From contig NC_021219.1 in the NCBI RefSeq assembly GCF_000392435.1, positions 540,001-572,000 on the forward strand: a stretch of DNA of 32,000 bases, written 5' to 3'. The DNA comes from Candidatus Saccharimonas aalborgensis. GTDB taxonomy: Bacteria > Patescibacteriota > Saccharimonadia > Saccharimonadales > Saccharimonadaceae. Shown one piece after another: positions 16,265-24,676 of this stretch; the first letter of the stretch is position 1; each line of letters opens with the position of its first letter. The notes beneath the pieces are model-generated. The model did no database searches, had not been told where the DNA came from, and worked only from the letters and a program-made list of their open reading frames with translations. The translations under genes were made by a program, and so were the position numbers.

Positions 16265-17358
16265 GAAGTACGGGTCATTGATAGTGAAGGAATTACCTCA
16301 AGTGACAAGGGGTCTGCGGGAGGTACAGCGGTGGCATGAAAATAGCCTAAGGTAGCGATCATCGCTGCGTTGTCGGTACAGAGGGCAAGAGGAGCGTACT
16401 CGATCTCGATCGAAAGCTGCTCTCGCAGGCGATCGCGCAGAGGCTGACAGGCCGCAACGCCACCGGCAATGACGACTGAATTGGGCAGATACTGCTCATA
16501 GGCCGCCACCGTCTTGTCGACCAAACACCGAACTGCCACTTTTTGGAAACTGGCTGCGATATTTTGTCGCTGAAGGTCGTTTAACAGCCCTGGGAGCTCG
16601 TGGGAGGGAAAAGTGTGATCTTTGCCTACTTCACGCTGAGTTGCCCTCAGAACGGCTGTCTTGAGGCCAGAGAAGGAAAAATCATAGGTGCCTTGAGTCC
16701 GAGGAGTGGGAAACTGATAGGTTGATGAATCACCAAGCAGTGCCGCCTTGTCGACCGATACTCCTCCGGGGTAGGGAAGACCGATCATCTTTGCCACCTT
16801 GTCAAATGCTTCTCCGACTGCATCATCCATGGTTTGTCCTAGTAGTTCGTATGTTCCATGACCATGAAATAAAACCAGTTGCGTATGACCACCAGATACG
16901 ATGAGCGCTAATAGAGGAAAAGAAGGCTGGCGAGTGGGAAGCGAGAGCTGCGGTGTCATGGTTGGTGATTGCTCGGTAATGAAGTTGGCATAGACGTGCG
17001 CCTCCACGTGGTGAATCGGATACAGCGGCTTGTTATGGATAATGGCAAGTGTGCGAGCCGCCAACGTACCAACCAAAAGAGATCCAACTAAACCAGGTGC
17101 GTAGGTGACAGCGATCGCATCGATATCATCCCAGCTACAGTTGGCATCTGTCAAAGCCTTGTCGATGACGGGGTTGATTGCCTCGATATGACTGCGAGCC
17201 GCAATTTCCGGTACAACCCCTCCGTAATGGGCATGAATATCGATCTGTGATTGGACGACATTGGATAGCAGATGAAATCCATCCTCTACAACGGCGGCAG
17301 CGGTTTCGTCACAACTACTCTCGATTCCTAGGATTCTCACTAGAGATGAGTATAACAT
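16246..17358 (-). CDS. tsaD: tRNA N6-adenosine threonylcarbamoyltransferase TsaD (Kae1/Qri7/YgjD family)
   Basis: ILGIESSCDETAAAVV N-terminus, HxxxH metal motif (HHVEAHVY), ALIVSGGHTQL, VIAGGVAAC. Start set at ATG 17358 (MLYSSLVRILGIESS); the track start at 17436 would cross the divergent promoter. Confidence 0.9.
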   Translation of the reverse strand: MLYSSLVRILGIESSCDETAAAVVEDGFHLLSNVVQSQIDIHAHYGGVVPEIAARSHIEAINPVIDKALTDANCSWDDIDAIAVTYAPGLVGSLLVGTLAARTLAIIHNKPLYPIHHVEAHVYANFITEQSPTMTPQLSLPTRQPSFPLLALIVSGGHTQLVLFHGHGTYELLGQTMDDAVGEAFDKVAKMIGLPYPGGVSVDKAALLGDSSTYQFPTPRTQGTYDFSFSGLKTAVLRATQREVGKDHTFPSHELPGLLNDLQRQNIAASFQKVAVRCLVDKTVAAYEQYLPNSVVIAGGVAACQPLRDRLREQLSIEIEYAPLALCTDNAAMIATLGYFHATAVPPADPLSLEVIPSLSMTRTSWVMAD

Positions 17359-17392
17359 CTTTTTCTGTCTCACGGGGTGGTAAAATAGAGGT

Positions 17393-18685
17393 ATGAAGCA
17401 GACGGCAGTCAAACTTGTGAGGCGTGTTGTATCCAAGAGGGCGATTAGCCGACTTGAAGATACATATCGAAAGAACCGCGCTCGGCTGCTTGGTATGCGT
17501 TATGGTCATCCGGCCAAGCACCTCCGAGTAATTGCCGTGACGGGAACGAACGGAAAGACCACAACAGTCAATTATCTCAACGAAATTCTCAAGGAAGCCG
17601 GTTACACCACTGCTATGTTTAGTACGTCGACGATTGAAGTAGCGGGTGTATTAACACCAAATGACCTCAATGCCACCGTGGCTTCAACAGGGCGAATGCA
17701 GCAGTTTTTTCGCGACGCAAAGCGTTCTCAGGTAAACTTTGTGGTCATGGAGTTCCCTAGCCACGCCATTCATCAGCACAAACTCTACGGGGTACCGGTC
17801 GATATGGCGATCATGACTAATCTCACCCAAGATCACCTTGACTACCACGGCACAATGGAGGCGTACGCTGAGGTAAAGGGAAGGTTATTTGCGATGGAAC
17901 CGCAATACGTCGTGCTCAACCGCGATGATACGTGGTTTGAGTATTTCAACCAGTTTCCGGCAGCAAGCCAAAAGATCACCTACGGCAAGCATGAAGAGGC
18001 TGAGGCCCACATTGACTCAGTCACCCTCTACCGCAAAGGTACTGAAGCCGTTGTCACTGTCGATCACCAGACAAAATTGGAACTTGCTACCAATTTGCCT
18101 GGCGAATTCAATGCCTACAACATGACGGCCGCCGCCGCTGCTGCCTATTTGCTTGGAGTGGAACTTGACGATATCGTCGAGGGAATTGCCAATCTCGAGA
18201 CTGTGCCGGGGCGCTTTGAGCGAGTTGCCGAGGGACTGCCCTATGATGTCATTGTTGACTATGCGCACACACCTGATGGGCTGGAAAAACTACTTACAGC
18301 AGCGAAAGCTATCACCAAAAACCGCGTGATCCTCGTATTTGGTGCCTGTGGTGACCGCGACAAGAGTAAACGCCCTCTGATGGGTGAGATTGCCGCTAGA
18401 CTGGCCGATCGCATCATCCTAACTGATGAGGAGAGTTACAACGAAGACCCTGCTCAGATAAGAGCGATGATTTACGACGGTATCGAAAGAACAAAGGGTG
18501 GCGCGATGAAGACCACCGAGATAGATGATCGGCGCGAAGCAATTTCCAAAGCACTGGGGGTCGCCACCAAGGGCGATACCATCCTTATCACTGGTATGGG
18601 ACACGAAGTCTACCGCATCATAGGTGGTAAACGAGTACCGTGGAATGATGCGGCAGTAGTACGGGAATTACTTGGCAAGAAGTAA
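17393..18685 (+). CDS. Mur ligase family protein, MurE-like but N-terminally short (430 aa)
   Basis: P-loop IAVTGTNGKTTT at residue ~46. MurE-like C-terminal blocks DYAHTPDGLEKLL and FGACGDRDKSKRPLMGEIAARLADRIILTDEESYNEDP, with DEES(Y) where canonical MurE has DNPR/DNPA. TGGTAAAAT (17378-17386) sits 6 nt before the ATG. Confidence 0.7.
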   Translation: MKQTAVKLVRRVVSKRAISRLEDTYRKNRARLLGMRYGHPAKHLRVIAVTGTNGKTTTVNYLNEILKEAGYTTAMFSTSTIEVAGVLTPNDLNATVASTGRMQQFFRDAKRSQVNFVVMEFPSHAIHQHKLYGVPVDMAIMTNLTQDHLDYHGTMEAYAEVKGRLFAMEPQYVVLNRDDTWFEYFNQFPAASQKITYGKHEEAEAHIDSVTLYRKGTEAVVTVDHQTKLELATNLPGEFNAYNMTAAAAAAYLLGVELDDIVEGIANLETVPGRFERVAEGLPYDVIVDYAHTPDGLEKLLTAAKAITKNRVILVFGACGDRDKSKRPLMGEIAARLADRIILTDEESYNEDPAQIRAMIYDGIERTKGGAMKTTEIDDRREAISKALGVATKGDTILITGMGHEVYRIIGGKRVPWNDAAVVRELLGKK

Positions 18686-18701
18686 GTAGGAGCTGAGTAT
18701 G

Positions 18702-18977
18702 TTATCCACGAGGCGTGCGCCAGTGATCAGCAGCAATATCCTCAGTTATTGTGGTGGCCTCGCCATTTCTGCGCTTACCAAAGCCGGCGACCTTGACCAC
18801 TTCGGCACCAACTTTACCTTCTGGGCCGCCTAGATCACTTGCGAGCATTTCACGCAACGCGTCAATTTCATCAGGGTTACCTGCTGCCAGTTCAGCTAAT
18901 TGTCGGGCGGCTGCGAGATCTGCTTCGGTGAAAGCACTTGTTTTGTTTGTGTCTGTGGTGGGGATTTCTTTATTCAT
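18702..18977 (-). CDS. Hypothetical small acidic protein (91 aa)
   Basis: Driven by the promoter in the next feature. No family recognised. Confidence 0.55.
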   Translation of the reverse strand: MNKEIPTTDTNKTSAFTEADLAAARQLAELAAGNPDEIDALREMLASDLGGPEGKVGAEVVKVAGFGKRRNGEATTITEDIAADHWRTPRG

Positions 18978-18983
18978 GACATG

Positions 18984-19012
18984 ATGATAGCATAAACATT
19001 ACGATATGTCAA
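18984..19012 (-). promoter_or_regulatory. Near-consensus promoter TTGACA-N17-TGCTATCAT, 6 nt from the ATG (leaderless candidate)
   Basis: On the minus strand, TTGACA lies at 19012-19007, then a 17-nt spacer, TATCAT at 18989-18984 with an upstream TGC, then CATGTC and ATG at 18977. Confidence 0.55.
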
Positions 19013-19030
19013 TAAGGTGAAGCAATATAG

Positions 19031-20077
19031 TTAAAACCACTGGCGTCGTTTGAGCCGGTAACTCAAACTTACGGTGGCGCGCTGACCAATTTTTTGCCAA
19101 CGACGATAGGCTGATTGATTCACCACGAGGTCATAACAACCGATATAATCCGTCACTTTTTTGTTGAAGCTCGTCTTGAACCTTCCGATGCCATAAAAGG
19201 GATGAGTCGTGTCTTGTATGTCGCTGCTATGCGGTGCGCCGCAGAGGTCGTACTCACTAACGCCTTTTGCTTTCATCCACTTGATAATCTCCCACTGCAA
19301 CAAATGGCTGGCGCCGTAGACAGTGCGTTCGCGGACCGAGGCGCCATCTTTATAGAGACCCCTTTTGCCGAGGTACATGCAGTAGGCAGCTGCCACGAGC
19401 CTAGACTCGTGGTAGGCAAAGAAAAGCTGCCCGTGATCGGCATCTGCTAGACGTTTCCAAAAAGCGGAATAGTACTGATAGCTCTTGAGGGAGCTCTCGA
19501 AGCGACCTGAGGCGGTGCTGCTAAGGAGGGTGAACATTTCGCGCATGGTTTGTTCAGTCAGAGAAACTGGTGCCACAGTCACGCCATCGCGCTCGGCACG
19601 GTGAATGGCATGCCTGCCTTTTTGATTGAGTGAGGCCATTATTTCGTCCTCGGAGCCAGAAATATCAAGTAGTACCGTCGAAACATTAGGCTGGATGGCT
19701 GCGGTGTGAACCAGGCCTAAGGTGCTGAGGCGCTCATGGAGTGGCTTGCTCTCGAGGAGCTCGGGCTCAATTTTTACAGCAAAAACAGATTGGGTACGTG
19801 CCAGTTGACGGAGGGAATCGAGTAACGATGTCAATTCAGTTTCATTCACGACGCCGGGGCCCTTGGGAATATACCAGTAGTTTCCGAGTAGCGGGACGCG
19901 TTTTTGGAGTACCGTGACGGCAAGGCCTTTCACTATGAGATAGCGGGGGAGCCATCCGTTGAGACGCTTGGTTTCAGCCAATTCTCTTAGTTGAAATACG
20001 TTTCCACCATCGGGGTTGTTAGAGAGGAGCGAGTCCCATCGCTCGATTTCTTCAGTAGTGGCGAAGCGTGCATCCAT
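19031..20077 (-). CDS. FemAB-family peptidoglycan interpeptide-bridge aminoacyltransferase, second paralog (348 aa)
   Basis: Family blocks (GGNVFQLRELAETKRLNGW, YWYIPKGPGV, YGASHLLQWEIIKWMKAKGVSEYDLCGAP). Start set at ATG 20077 (MDARFATTEEIERW), 6 nt after TGCTATACT (20092-20084, minus strand). The track's 41-aa N-terminal extension would lie inside the promoter region. Confidence 0.8.
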   Translation of the reverse strand: MDARFATTEEIERWDSLLSNNPDGGNVFQLRELAETKRLNGWLPRYLIVKGLAVTVLQKRVPLLGNYWYIPKGPGVVNETELTSLLDSLRQLARTQSVFAVKIEPELLESKPLHERLSTLGLVHTAAIQPNVSTVLLDISGSEDEIMASLNQKGRHAIHRAERDGVTVAPVSLTEQTMREMFTLLSSTASGRFESSLKSYQYYSAFWKRLADADHGQLFFAYHESRLVAAAYCMYLGKRGLYKDGASVRERTVYGASHLLQWEIIKWMKAKGVSEYDLCGAPHSSDIQDTTHPFYGIGRFKTSFNKKVTDYIGCYDLVVNQSAYRRWQKIGQRATVSLSYRLKRRQWF

Positions 20078-20108
20078 ATCATTAGTATAGCAGCCGATGA
20101 GGAGCACA

Positions 20109-20137
20109 TTGACAAAATAGCATAAGTGTGATAGCAT
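20109..20137 (+). promoter_or_regulatory. Candidate promoter TTGACA-N17-(TGA)TAGCAT for the 160-aa acidic protein gene
   Basis: TTGACA at 20109-20114, 17-nt spacer, TG at 20129-20130, TAGCAT at 20132-20137. AAGGA RBS before ATG 20184. Confidence 0.45.
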
Positions 20138-20183
20138 ACCTATATCAGATATCACTAACACAAACAAAAAAGGAATTACGATA

Positions 20184-20666
20184 ATGAACGAATATAACAA
20201 ACCAGATCAGGGCGCGCTGCCGCGAGGCGGTACGATGCTGCTCGAGAAAGCGGATCCAGTACCTGAGACGGAAACAAAAGGTGAAGGCGTCCCACCGGTG
20301 CCACCACGTGAAACGATGGTGGACGGAGCAGATGACAATGATGCTGCATTTGAGCGTGTGCTTGGTGAGACCGGTATGACACCAGAGGAAAAAGCAGGGT
20401 TTGGAAGTGGCGTCTTAGACGCATTTGCCGCCGAGGAGGCAGCTAAAGATTTAGGTGATACTGGGGATGCGGTGCCTGAAGGCGAGCTGTCTGGAAAAGA
20501 AGGTCATCCGGGAGCTGATATCGTTGACCTCGCTGAGTACCGACAACGACGAGCAGCGGAAACAGCACCTGTTCTTGGTAGTGATGCAAGTGTAACGGAT
20601 ATAGCGGATGCACCAAGCATGCGTGGTGACGCTCCAGAGGATCATGAACCAACACCAGCAGCCTAG
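20184..20666 (+). CDS. Hypothetical acidic, low-complexity (likely disordered) protein (160 aa)
   Basis: Rich in Asp/Glu/Pro/Ala/Gly, with no TM segment and no recognised motif. Has its own promoter and terminator. Confidence 0.5.
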   Translation: MNEYNKPDQGALPRGGTMLLEKADPVPETETKGEGVPPVPPRETMVDGADDNDAAFERVLGETGMTPEEKAGFGSGVLDAFAAEEAAKDLGDTGDAVPEGELSGKEGHPGADIVDLAEYRQRRAAETAPVLGSDASVTDIADAPSMRGDAPEDHEPTPAA

Positions 20667-20683
20667 AAGGGCGCGTGACAAAC

Positions 20684-20708
20684 AAAAACGGGGATAGTCC
20701 CCGTTTTT
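20684..20708. terminator. Bidirectional rho-independent terminator
   Basis: AAAAACGGGG (20684-20693), loop ATAGT, CCCCGTTTTT (20699-20708), between convergent genes. Confidence 0.75.
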
Positions 20709-20726
20709 TGGTGAGGTGCTTATTTA

Positions 20727-21197
20727 CTACTGTGGATGCGAGAGAAAATCGATTTCTTTGATGATATCGAGTAACGCTTGAGCACGACGTGCCTCATCGA
20801 CAATCGCTTTGGCTGCTTCGTGCGCTGGGGCGATAAGCGTTTTGTCGTCGGTTGAACGGATAAGTAAGAGGTAGGTATCGAACTTCTCCTCTGGGGCCAG
20901 GGTGAGTTTGTCGACAAGTGGCCGTAGCTCGGTGATTGCCTCTTGCTTGACGCTATCGAGGTTATCAGATGAAGTGGGCATGGTGAGCGGCGTAGTAGGA
21001 TCGGTGGCTGGCGGGACGGGTGGTTCCACTGACGCAGTCGGATCATCGGCAGCAGGAGCAGCTGGCATTGGAGGTAGCGGTGGGATCACTGTTTGTTGTG
21101 CGGCGGCCTCGTCGGCCTCGCCGCTCACACCTGCTAACACTTTAGCAAGTTCCTGGTCGTCACTAATTGATTGCTGCAGTTGCGGTTTAATATCCAT
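20727..21197 (-). CDS. Hypothetical protein with a Pro/Ala-rich central linker and a helical C-terminal domain (156 aa)
   Basis: Start set at ATG 21197 (MDIKPQ) with a GAGGTG RBS; the track begins at GTG 21203. No family recognised. Confidence 0.5.
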   Translation of the reverse strand: MDIKPQLQQSISDDQELAKVLAGVSGEADEAAAQQTVIPPLPPMPAAPAADDPTASVEPPVPPATDPTTPLTMPTSSDNLDSVKQEAITELRPLVDKLTLAPEEKFDTYLLLIRSTDDKTLIAPAHEAAKAIVDEARRAQALLDIIKEIDFLSHPQ

Positions 21198-21288
21198 ACC
21201 CACCTCTGATAGTTAGATTATTCTTATGCTTACTTACTACATACTGTATCATAGAAGGAGAATAACTCGCAAGACGAATGGTGGGAAA

Positions 21289-22338
21289 ATGCTTGACGAC
21301 GTAAATGTTTTGAAACAACGCGATGCGAAAGGGCTGCTTGAGGATGCGGCTGCACTGTGTCAACAGGTCTCGTACCAAGCTGTTATTGAAGATAGTGAGC
21401 ACGATGGCCGACATATCACACATGTCGTGGTGGCAGGTATCGATGTACCTGCGCTGGCGGGTGATTTGGTAAAGACGATGTTGGGGGATCAGCTCACTGT
21501 TCCGTATGAGGTAGTGAGAGAGCATACGTTGCCAGCATCGGTGAGTTCAACGACGCTTGTTGTTGTTTGTAGCTATAAAAACGACAGCGACCAGGCGCGT
21601 GCGTGTTTGGAACAAGCGTTGGCGCATCATCAGCGTCCGCAAGTGGCCTTGATTGCAGCAGAAAAAGAGCTTCTAGAGAGGGCGGCGACTCACCACGTTG
21701 CGCGCGTCGCACTATCACCTGAAGGAAGGGCGCAACTGAATGTGATTGTCATCGCTCGGTCGCTCCTGCGCATCTTGGTTCAGTTTGGTGTTGTGCCCGT
21801 TAGTACCTATGATGCACTTGAGCGAACAAAAGCGTTTTTGGCGCACGAAAGTGAACAGTGGAGCAAGGAGACAGTGATTCAACATAATTACGCTAAACAA
21901 CTTGCCCTACTGGCTGTCGGTAAAACACTGGTATTCTACGCTCCCGAGACGTTTGGTTTTGTGGCGCACGCCTGGAAGAATGCTTGGAACAAAACTGCCA
22001 AAAATATCGCATTTTGGAACACGTTTCCGGAAGCGGCCTATGGTGAGCTACTGGGATGGACATCTCACCCCATTGAGAAACCATTTGCCATTTTTGATCT
22101 GAGAAGTTCACTCGAGAGCACTCGGGCGACAAGAGGATTTGATGCGACCGACAAACTATTGAGCGGTCGCCGTCCCAAATCGACATCAGTCTACTTGCCA
22201 GGGGAGACACTTATGGAGCAAGTGGTGGCGGGCTATGTACTCGCTCAGTTTGTGAGCATATACGTTGCTATCCTCAACAATGCTAACCCATCGGACGATA
22301 CGCTGATCGAGCGCTACCAAAAAGAGACTCAGGTTTAG
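21289..22338 (+). CDS. SIS-domain protein, bifunctional phosphoglucose/phosphomannose isomerase family (349 aa)
   Basis: Start set at ATG 21289 (MLDDVNVLKQRD). The block HAWKNAWNKTAKN resembles the family's RWKxQxNENAK, and the two-domain length fits. Confidence 0.55.
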   Translation: MLDDVNVLKQRDAKGLLEDAAALCQQVSYQAVIEDSEHDGRHITHVVVAGIDVPALAGDLVKTMLGDQLTVPYEVVREHTLPASVSSTTLVVVCSYKNDSDQARACLEQALAHHQRPQVALIAAEKELLERAATHHVARVALSPEGRAQLNVIVIARSLLRILVQFGVVPVSTYDALERTKAFLAHESEQWSKETVIQHNYAKQLALLAVGKTLVFYAPETFGFVAHAWKNAWNKTAKNIAFWNTFPEAAYGELLGWTSHPIEKPFAIFDLRSSLESTRATRGFDATDKLLSGRRPKSTSVYLPGETLMEQVVAGYVLAQFVSIYVAILNNANPSDDTLIERYQKETQV

Positions 22339-23561
22339 TGATATTGACGGAGTGACTCAATGGTGTCTTTTCGGGCAGCTCGTAGGGCAGGGTAGAGGCC
22401 AAATATAATGCCTACCCCCGTCGACATCGTGAATGCCGCCAGAGCAGTTGACCAGGTGATAGCGGGAGCAAAAAATAGAAAATTACAAATAATGAACGCT
22501 GCGACGTAGCCGAGCAGATAGCCAAAGAACCCGCCAAGCAGACTGATCATGAGCGATTCGATCAAGAACTGAGTGATAATCGTGTGATTGCTGGCGCCAA
22601 CTGCCTTACGGATACCGATTTCACGAGTTCGTTCGGCGACCCCCACAAGCATAATATTCATAATCCCAATGCCGCCAACGAGAAGTGAGATGGCGGCGAT
22701 AGCGGTCATTACCTGTATGAGGGCGCGGAATAATTGGCTCGTTGGCGTGCCAATGTCTTTGCCTGATATAAGCGTGAAATCTTCCTCGCCCTGATGATTG
22801 TTGCGCAGCGTTTCACGAATAGCCGCGCTGAGAGCTGTAAGGTTCTGCGGTGAGTCGGCCTGGACGTTTATCTGTTGAATTTGTGGTCTGCCCTGGTGAA
22901 GTTGTTTACCGCTCGTCAGACTAATGAGGGCGGCATGATTGAAGTCGACGTTGTTGTAATTGATCGGATTTGGAATTGTATTGAGAACGCCGCTGACCAT
23001 GAAACGCTGCCCCCGCAAGGTAAATGTCTGGCCGATGGGGCGTTCGGTGCCAAATAGGTCGATAGCGAGTTGGTGTCCCAGGACAGCGGTCGGAATAGCC
23101 GTGTCGGAGTCGATAAACTGTCCTTCCCGCACCGATAGTTTGCTCACCGTAGTAAAGTTAGTTGTTGTGGCAACAACAACAGTATTGCTTACCGACGTTT
23201 TTCCCGCCGTGAGTGTTCCTTCAATTGTCATAAGAGGGACAACGGCAGCAGCGTGAGGAAGCTGTGAAAGTGTTGCTACATCCTCCTCAGTGAGGGTGCT
23301 TGTACCAAAGGCAGTTTGCGCGACAGGGTTGGCATAGGAGTTGATACCTCTGAGTGTTGGTGCGCCAGGACGGATAAGGGTGAGGTTACCACCGAGTGCC
23401 TCTACTTGCCGATCAATGACGCGACTGGCGCCGCCGCCGAGTGCCAAAATAGTAACGACGCTGGCGACACCGATGGCAATACCAAGGGTAGTGAGGATGC
23501 TACGACCCCTGTTTCGTCTGAGTGAACGATAGGCGTTTTCGATATGATCAGTGAGCATCAT
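22335..23561 (-). CDS. ABC transporter permease, MacB/FtsX type (408 aa)
   Basis: N-terminal TM helix, a large extracytoplasmic domain, and a C-terminal FtsX-like 3-TM bundle (REIGIRKAVGASNHTIITQFLIESL). 4-nt overlap with the upstream ATPase gene. Confidence 0.85.
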   Translation of the reverse strand: MMLTDHIENAYRSLRRNRGRSILTTLGIAIGVASVVTILALGGGASRVIDRQVEALGGNLTLIRPGAPTLRGINSYANPVAQTAFGTSTLTEEDVATLSQLPHAAAVVPLMTIEGTLTAGKTSVSNTVVVATTTNFTTVSKLSVREGQFIDSDTAIPTAVLGHQLAIDLFGTERPIGQTFTLRGQRFMVSGVLNTIPNPINYNNVDFNHAALISLTSGKQLHQGRPQIQQINVQADSPQNLTALSAAIRETLRNNHQGEEDFTLISGKDIGTPTSQLFRALIQVMTAIAAISLLVGGIGIMNIMLVGVAERTREIGIRKAVGASNHTIITQFLIESLMISLLGGFFGYLLGYVAAFIICNFLFFAPAITWSTALAAFTMSTGVGIIFGLYPALRAARKDTIESLRQYH

Positions 23562-24421
23562 GATGCTTTTACCTTCTTTTTTGTCGCTGACTTGCGTGGC
23601 TTTCTTTTGCGTGTAGCCTTTTTGGGTGGGTCATCTTGCGTCGGTTCTGCTGGGACTATCTGCTCTTCACGAGCTTTGCGGTTTAGGGGAATAGAGACCG
23701 ATTCCTCATCGGCGAGTTGTACTTTGATCTTGATATCACTGGCAATTTTGCCATCCAACATCTTGATTACTCGGCTTGCATAGCTTGTGAGCGAGGGGTT
23801 GTGGGTCACCATGATAATTGTGTTTCCGCGCTTATGAAGGTCAGAGAGTTCTTCCATGATGACATGACTACTGCGGCTATCGAGATTGCCTGTTGGCTCG
23901 TCCGCCAAGATAATCGAAGGCTGGTTGACCAATGCCCGTGCAATAGCAACGCGCTGCATTTGGCCACCAGAGAGTTGCCAGGGCATGTAGTATTCGCGTT
24001 CACCAAGGTGAAAAGTTTTTAAGATTGCACTAGCAGCTTCGAGACGTTTTGTCCGTCCGATACCTTTATAAGTGAGGGGTAAGGCAACGTTTTCGAGTAC
24101 CGAGAGGCGGTTGATGAGATTGAAGCTTTGAAAGACAATTCCTATCTGCTGAGAACGGATGCGGGCGTGTTGTTTGCTCGAGAGGCTATCGACTGGCTTG
24201 CCGTCGAGCAGATAGTCACCCGCATCGGCACGGTCGAGCAGTCCGATAACGTTGAGAAGTGTTGTTTTACCACATCCGCTGGGTCCCATAATGGCGATAA
24301 ACTCACCTCTGTCGATTCGCAGATTGACGGTATCGAGTGCATTATGCTCAGCGTCGCCAATCCCATAACGCTTTGTTAGCGCCCTGAGTTCTATGACCGG
24401 CGTGGTGGAATTTTTTGGCAT
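23558..24421 (-). CDS. ABC transporter ATP-binding protein, MacB/LolD type, with a ~60-aa Lys/Arg-rich C-terminal tail
   Basis: Walker [10 protein letters not shown], signature [15 protein letters not shown], Walker [13 protein letters not shown]. Tail ..[23 protein letters not shown]. Start set at ATG 24421 ([12 protein letters not shown]), 9 nt after a TATACT box. Confidence 0.85.
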   Translation of the reverse strand: MPKNSTTPVIELRALTKRYGIGDAEHNALDTVNLRIDRGEFIAIMGPSGCGKTTLLNVIGLLDRADAGDYLLDGKPVDSLSSKQHARIRSQQIGIVFQSFNLINRLSVLENVALPLTYKGIGRTKRLEAASAILKTFHLGEREYYMPWQLSGGQMQRVAIARALVNQPSIILADEPTGNLDSRSSHVIMEELSDLHKRGNTIIMVTHNPSLTSYASRVIKMLDGKIASDIKIKVQLADEESVSIPLNRKAREEQIVPAEPTQDDPPKKATRKRKPRKSATKKKVKAS

Positions 24422-24506
24422 CTGGAGCTTAGTATACGGGCGGGCAAAAAGAGAATGCAAGCGGAATGGCGAGGTTAAAAATACAACTGCTATACTGGGA
24501 TGGTAT

Positions 24507-24533
24507 GGAGAGGTGACCGAGTGGTTGAAGGTG
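24507..24533 (+). pseudogene. Orphan 5' fragment of tRNA-Ser (27 nt, acceptor 5' strand plus D arm)
   Basis: GGAGAGGTGACCGAGTGGTTGAAGGTG is identical to 24677-24703. No anticodon arm, T arm or 3' acceptor strand follows. Preceded by TGCTATACT (24488-24496). Confidence 0.75.
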
Positions 24534-24676
24534 AGAGCTGCCAGTCGGCAGCTCGCAAGATGATGTCACAGATGGGCTATGCACATCTGCCTGACTCATG
24601 GGGTCGCGGAACGTGACCACGCCTGGAGGACGTGCCCTGATGGCGTGCGGACTCAGATGGTACAATCGATATATAC

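Noticed and set aside
18699-18833. 44-aa plus-strand ORF with a TAGGAG RBS directly after the MurE-like gene
   Set aside because: It is antisense to the 91-aa minus-strand gene, which has a near-perfect promoter, and I judged that gene more likely to be real. This remains uncertain and could be settled by ribosome profiling.
24429-24665. 78-aa minus-strand ORF across the ABC promoter and tRNA-fragment spacer
   Set aside because: It overlaps promoter and tRNA-derived sequence, has no RBS, and its composition is not protein-like.
24507-24676. Possible complete or intron-containing tRNA starting at the duplicated GGAGAGG..
   Set aside because: After the D arm there is an 8-bp/4-nt hairpin rather than a 5-bp/7-nt anticodon arm. 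There is no TTCGAAT T-loop and no CCTCTCC 3' acceptor strand before the next tRNA begins, so I report it as a 5' fragment plus spacer.
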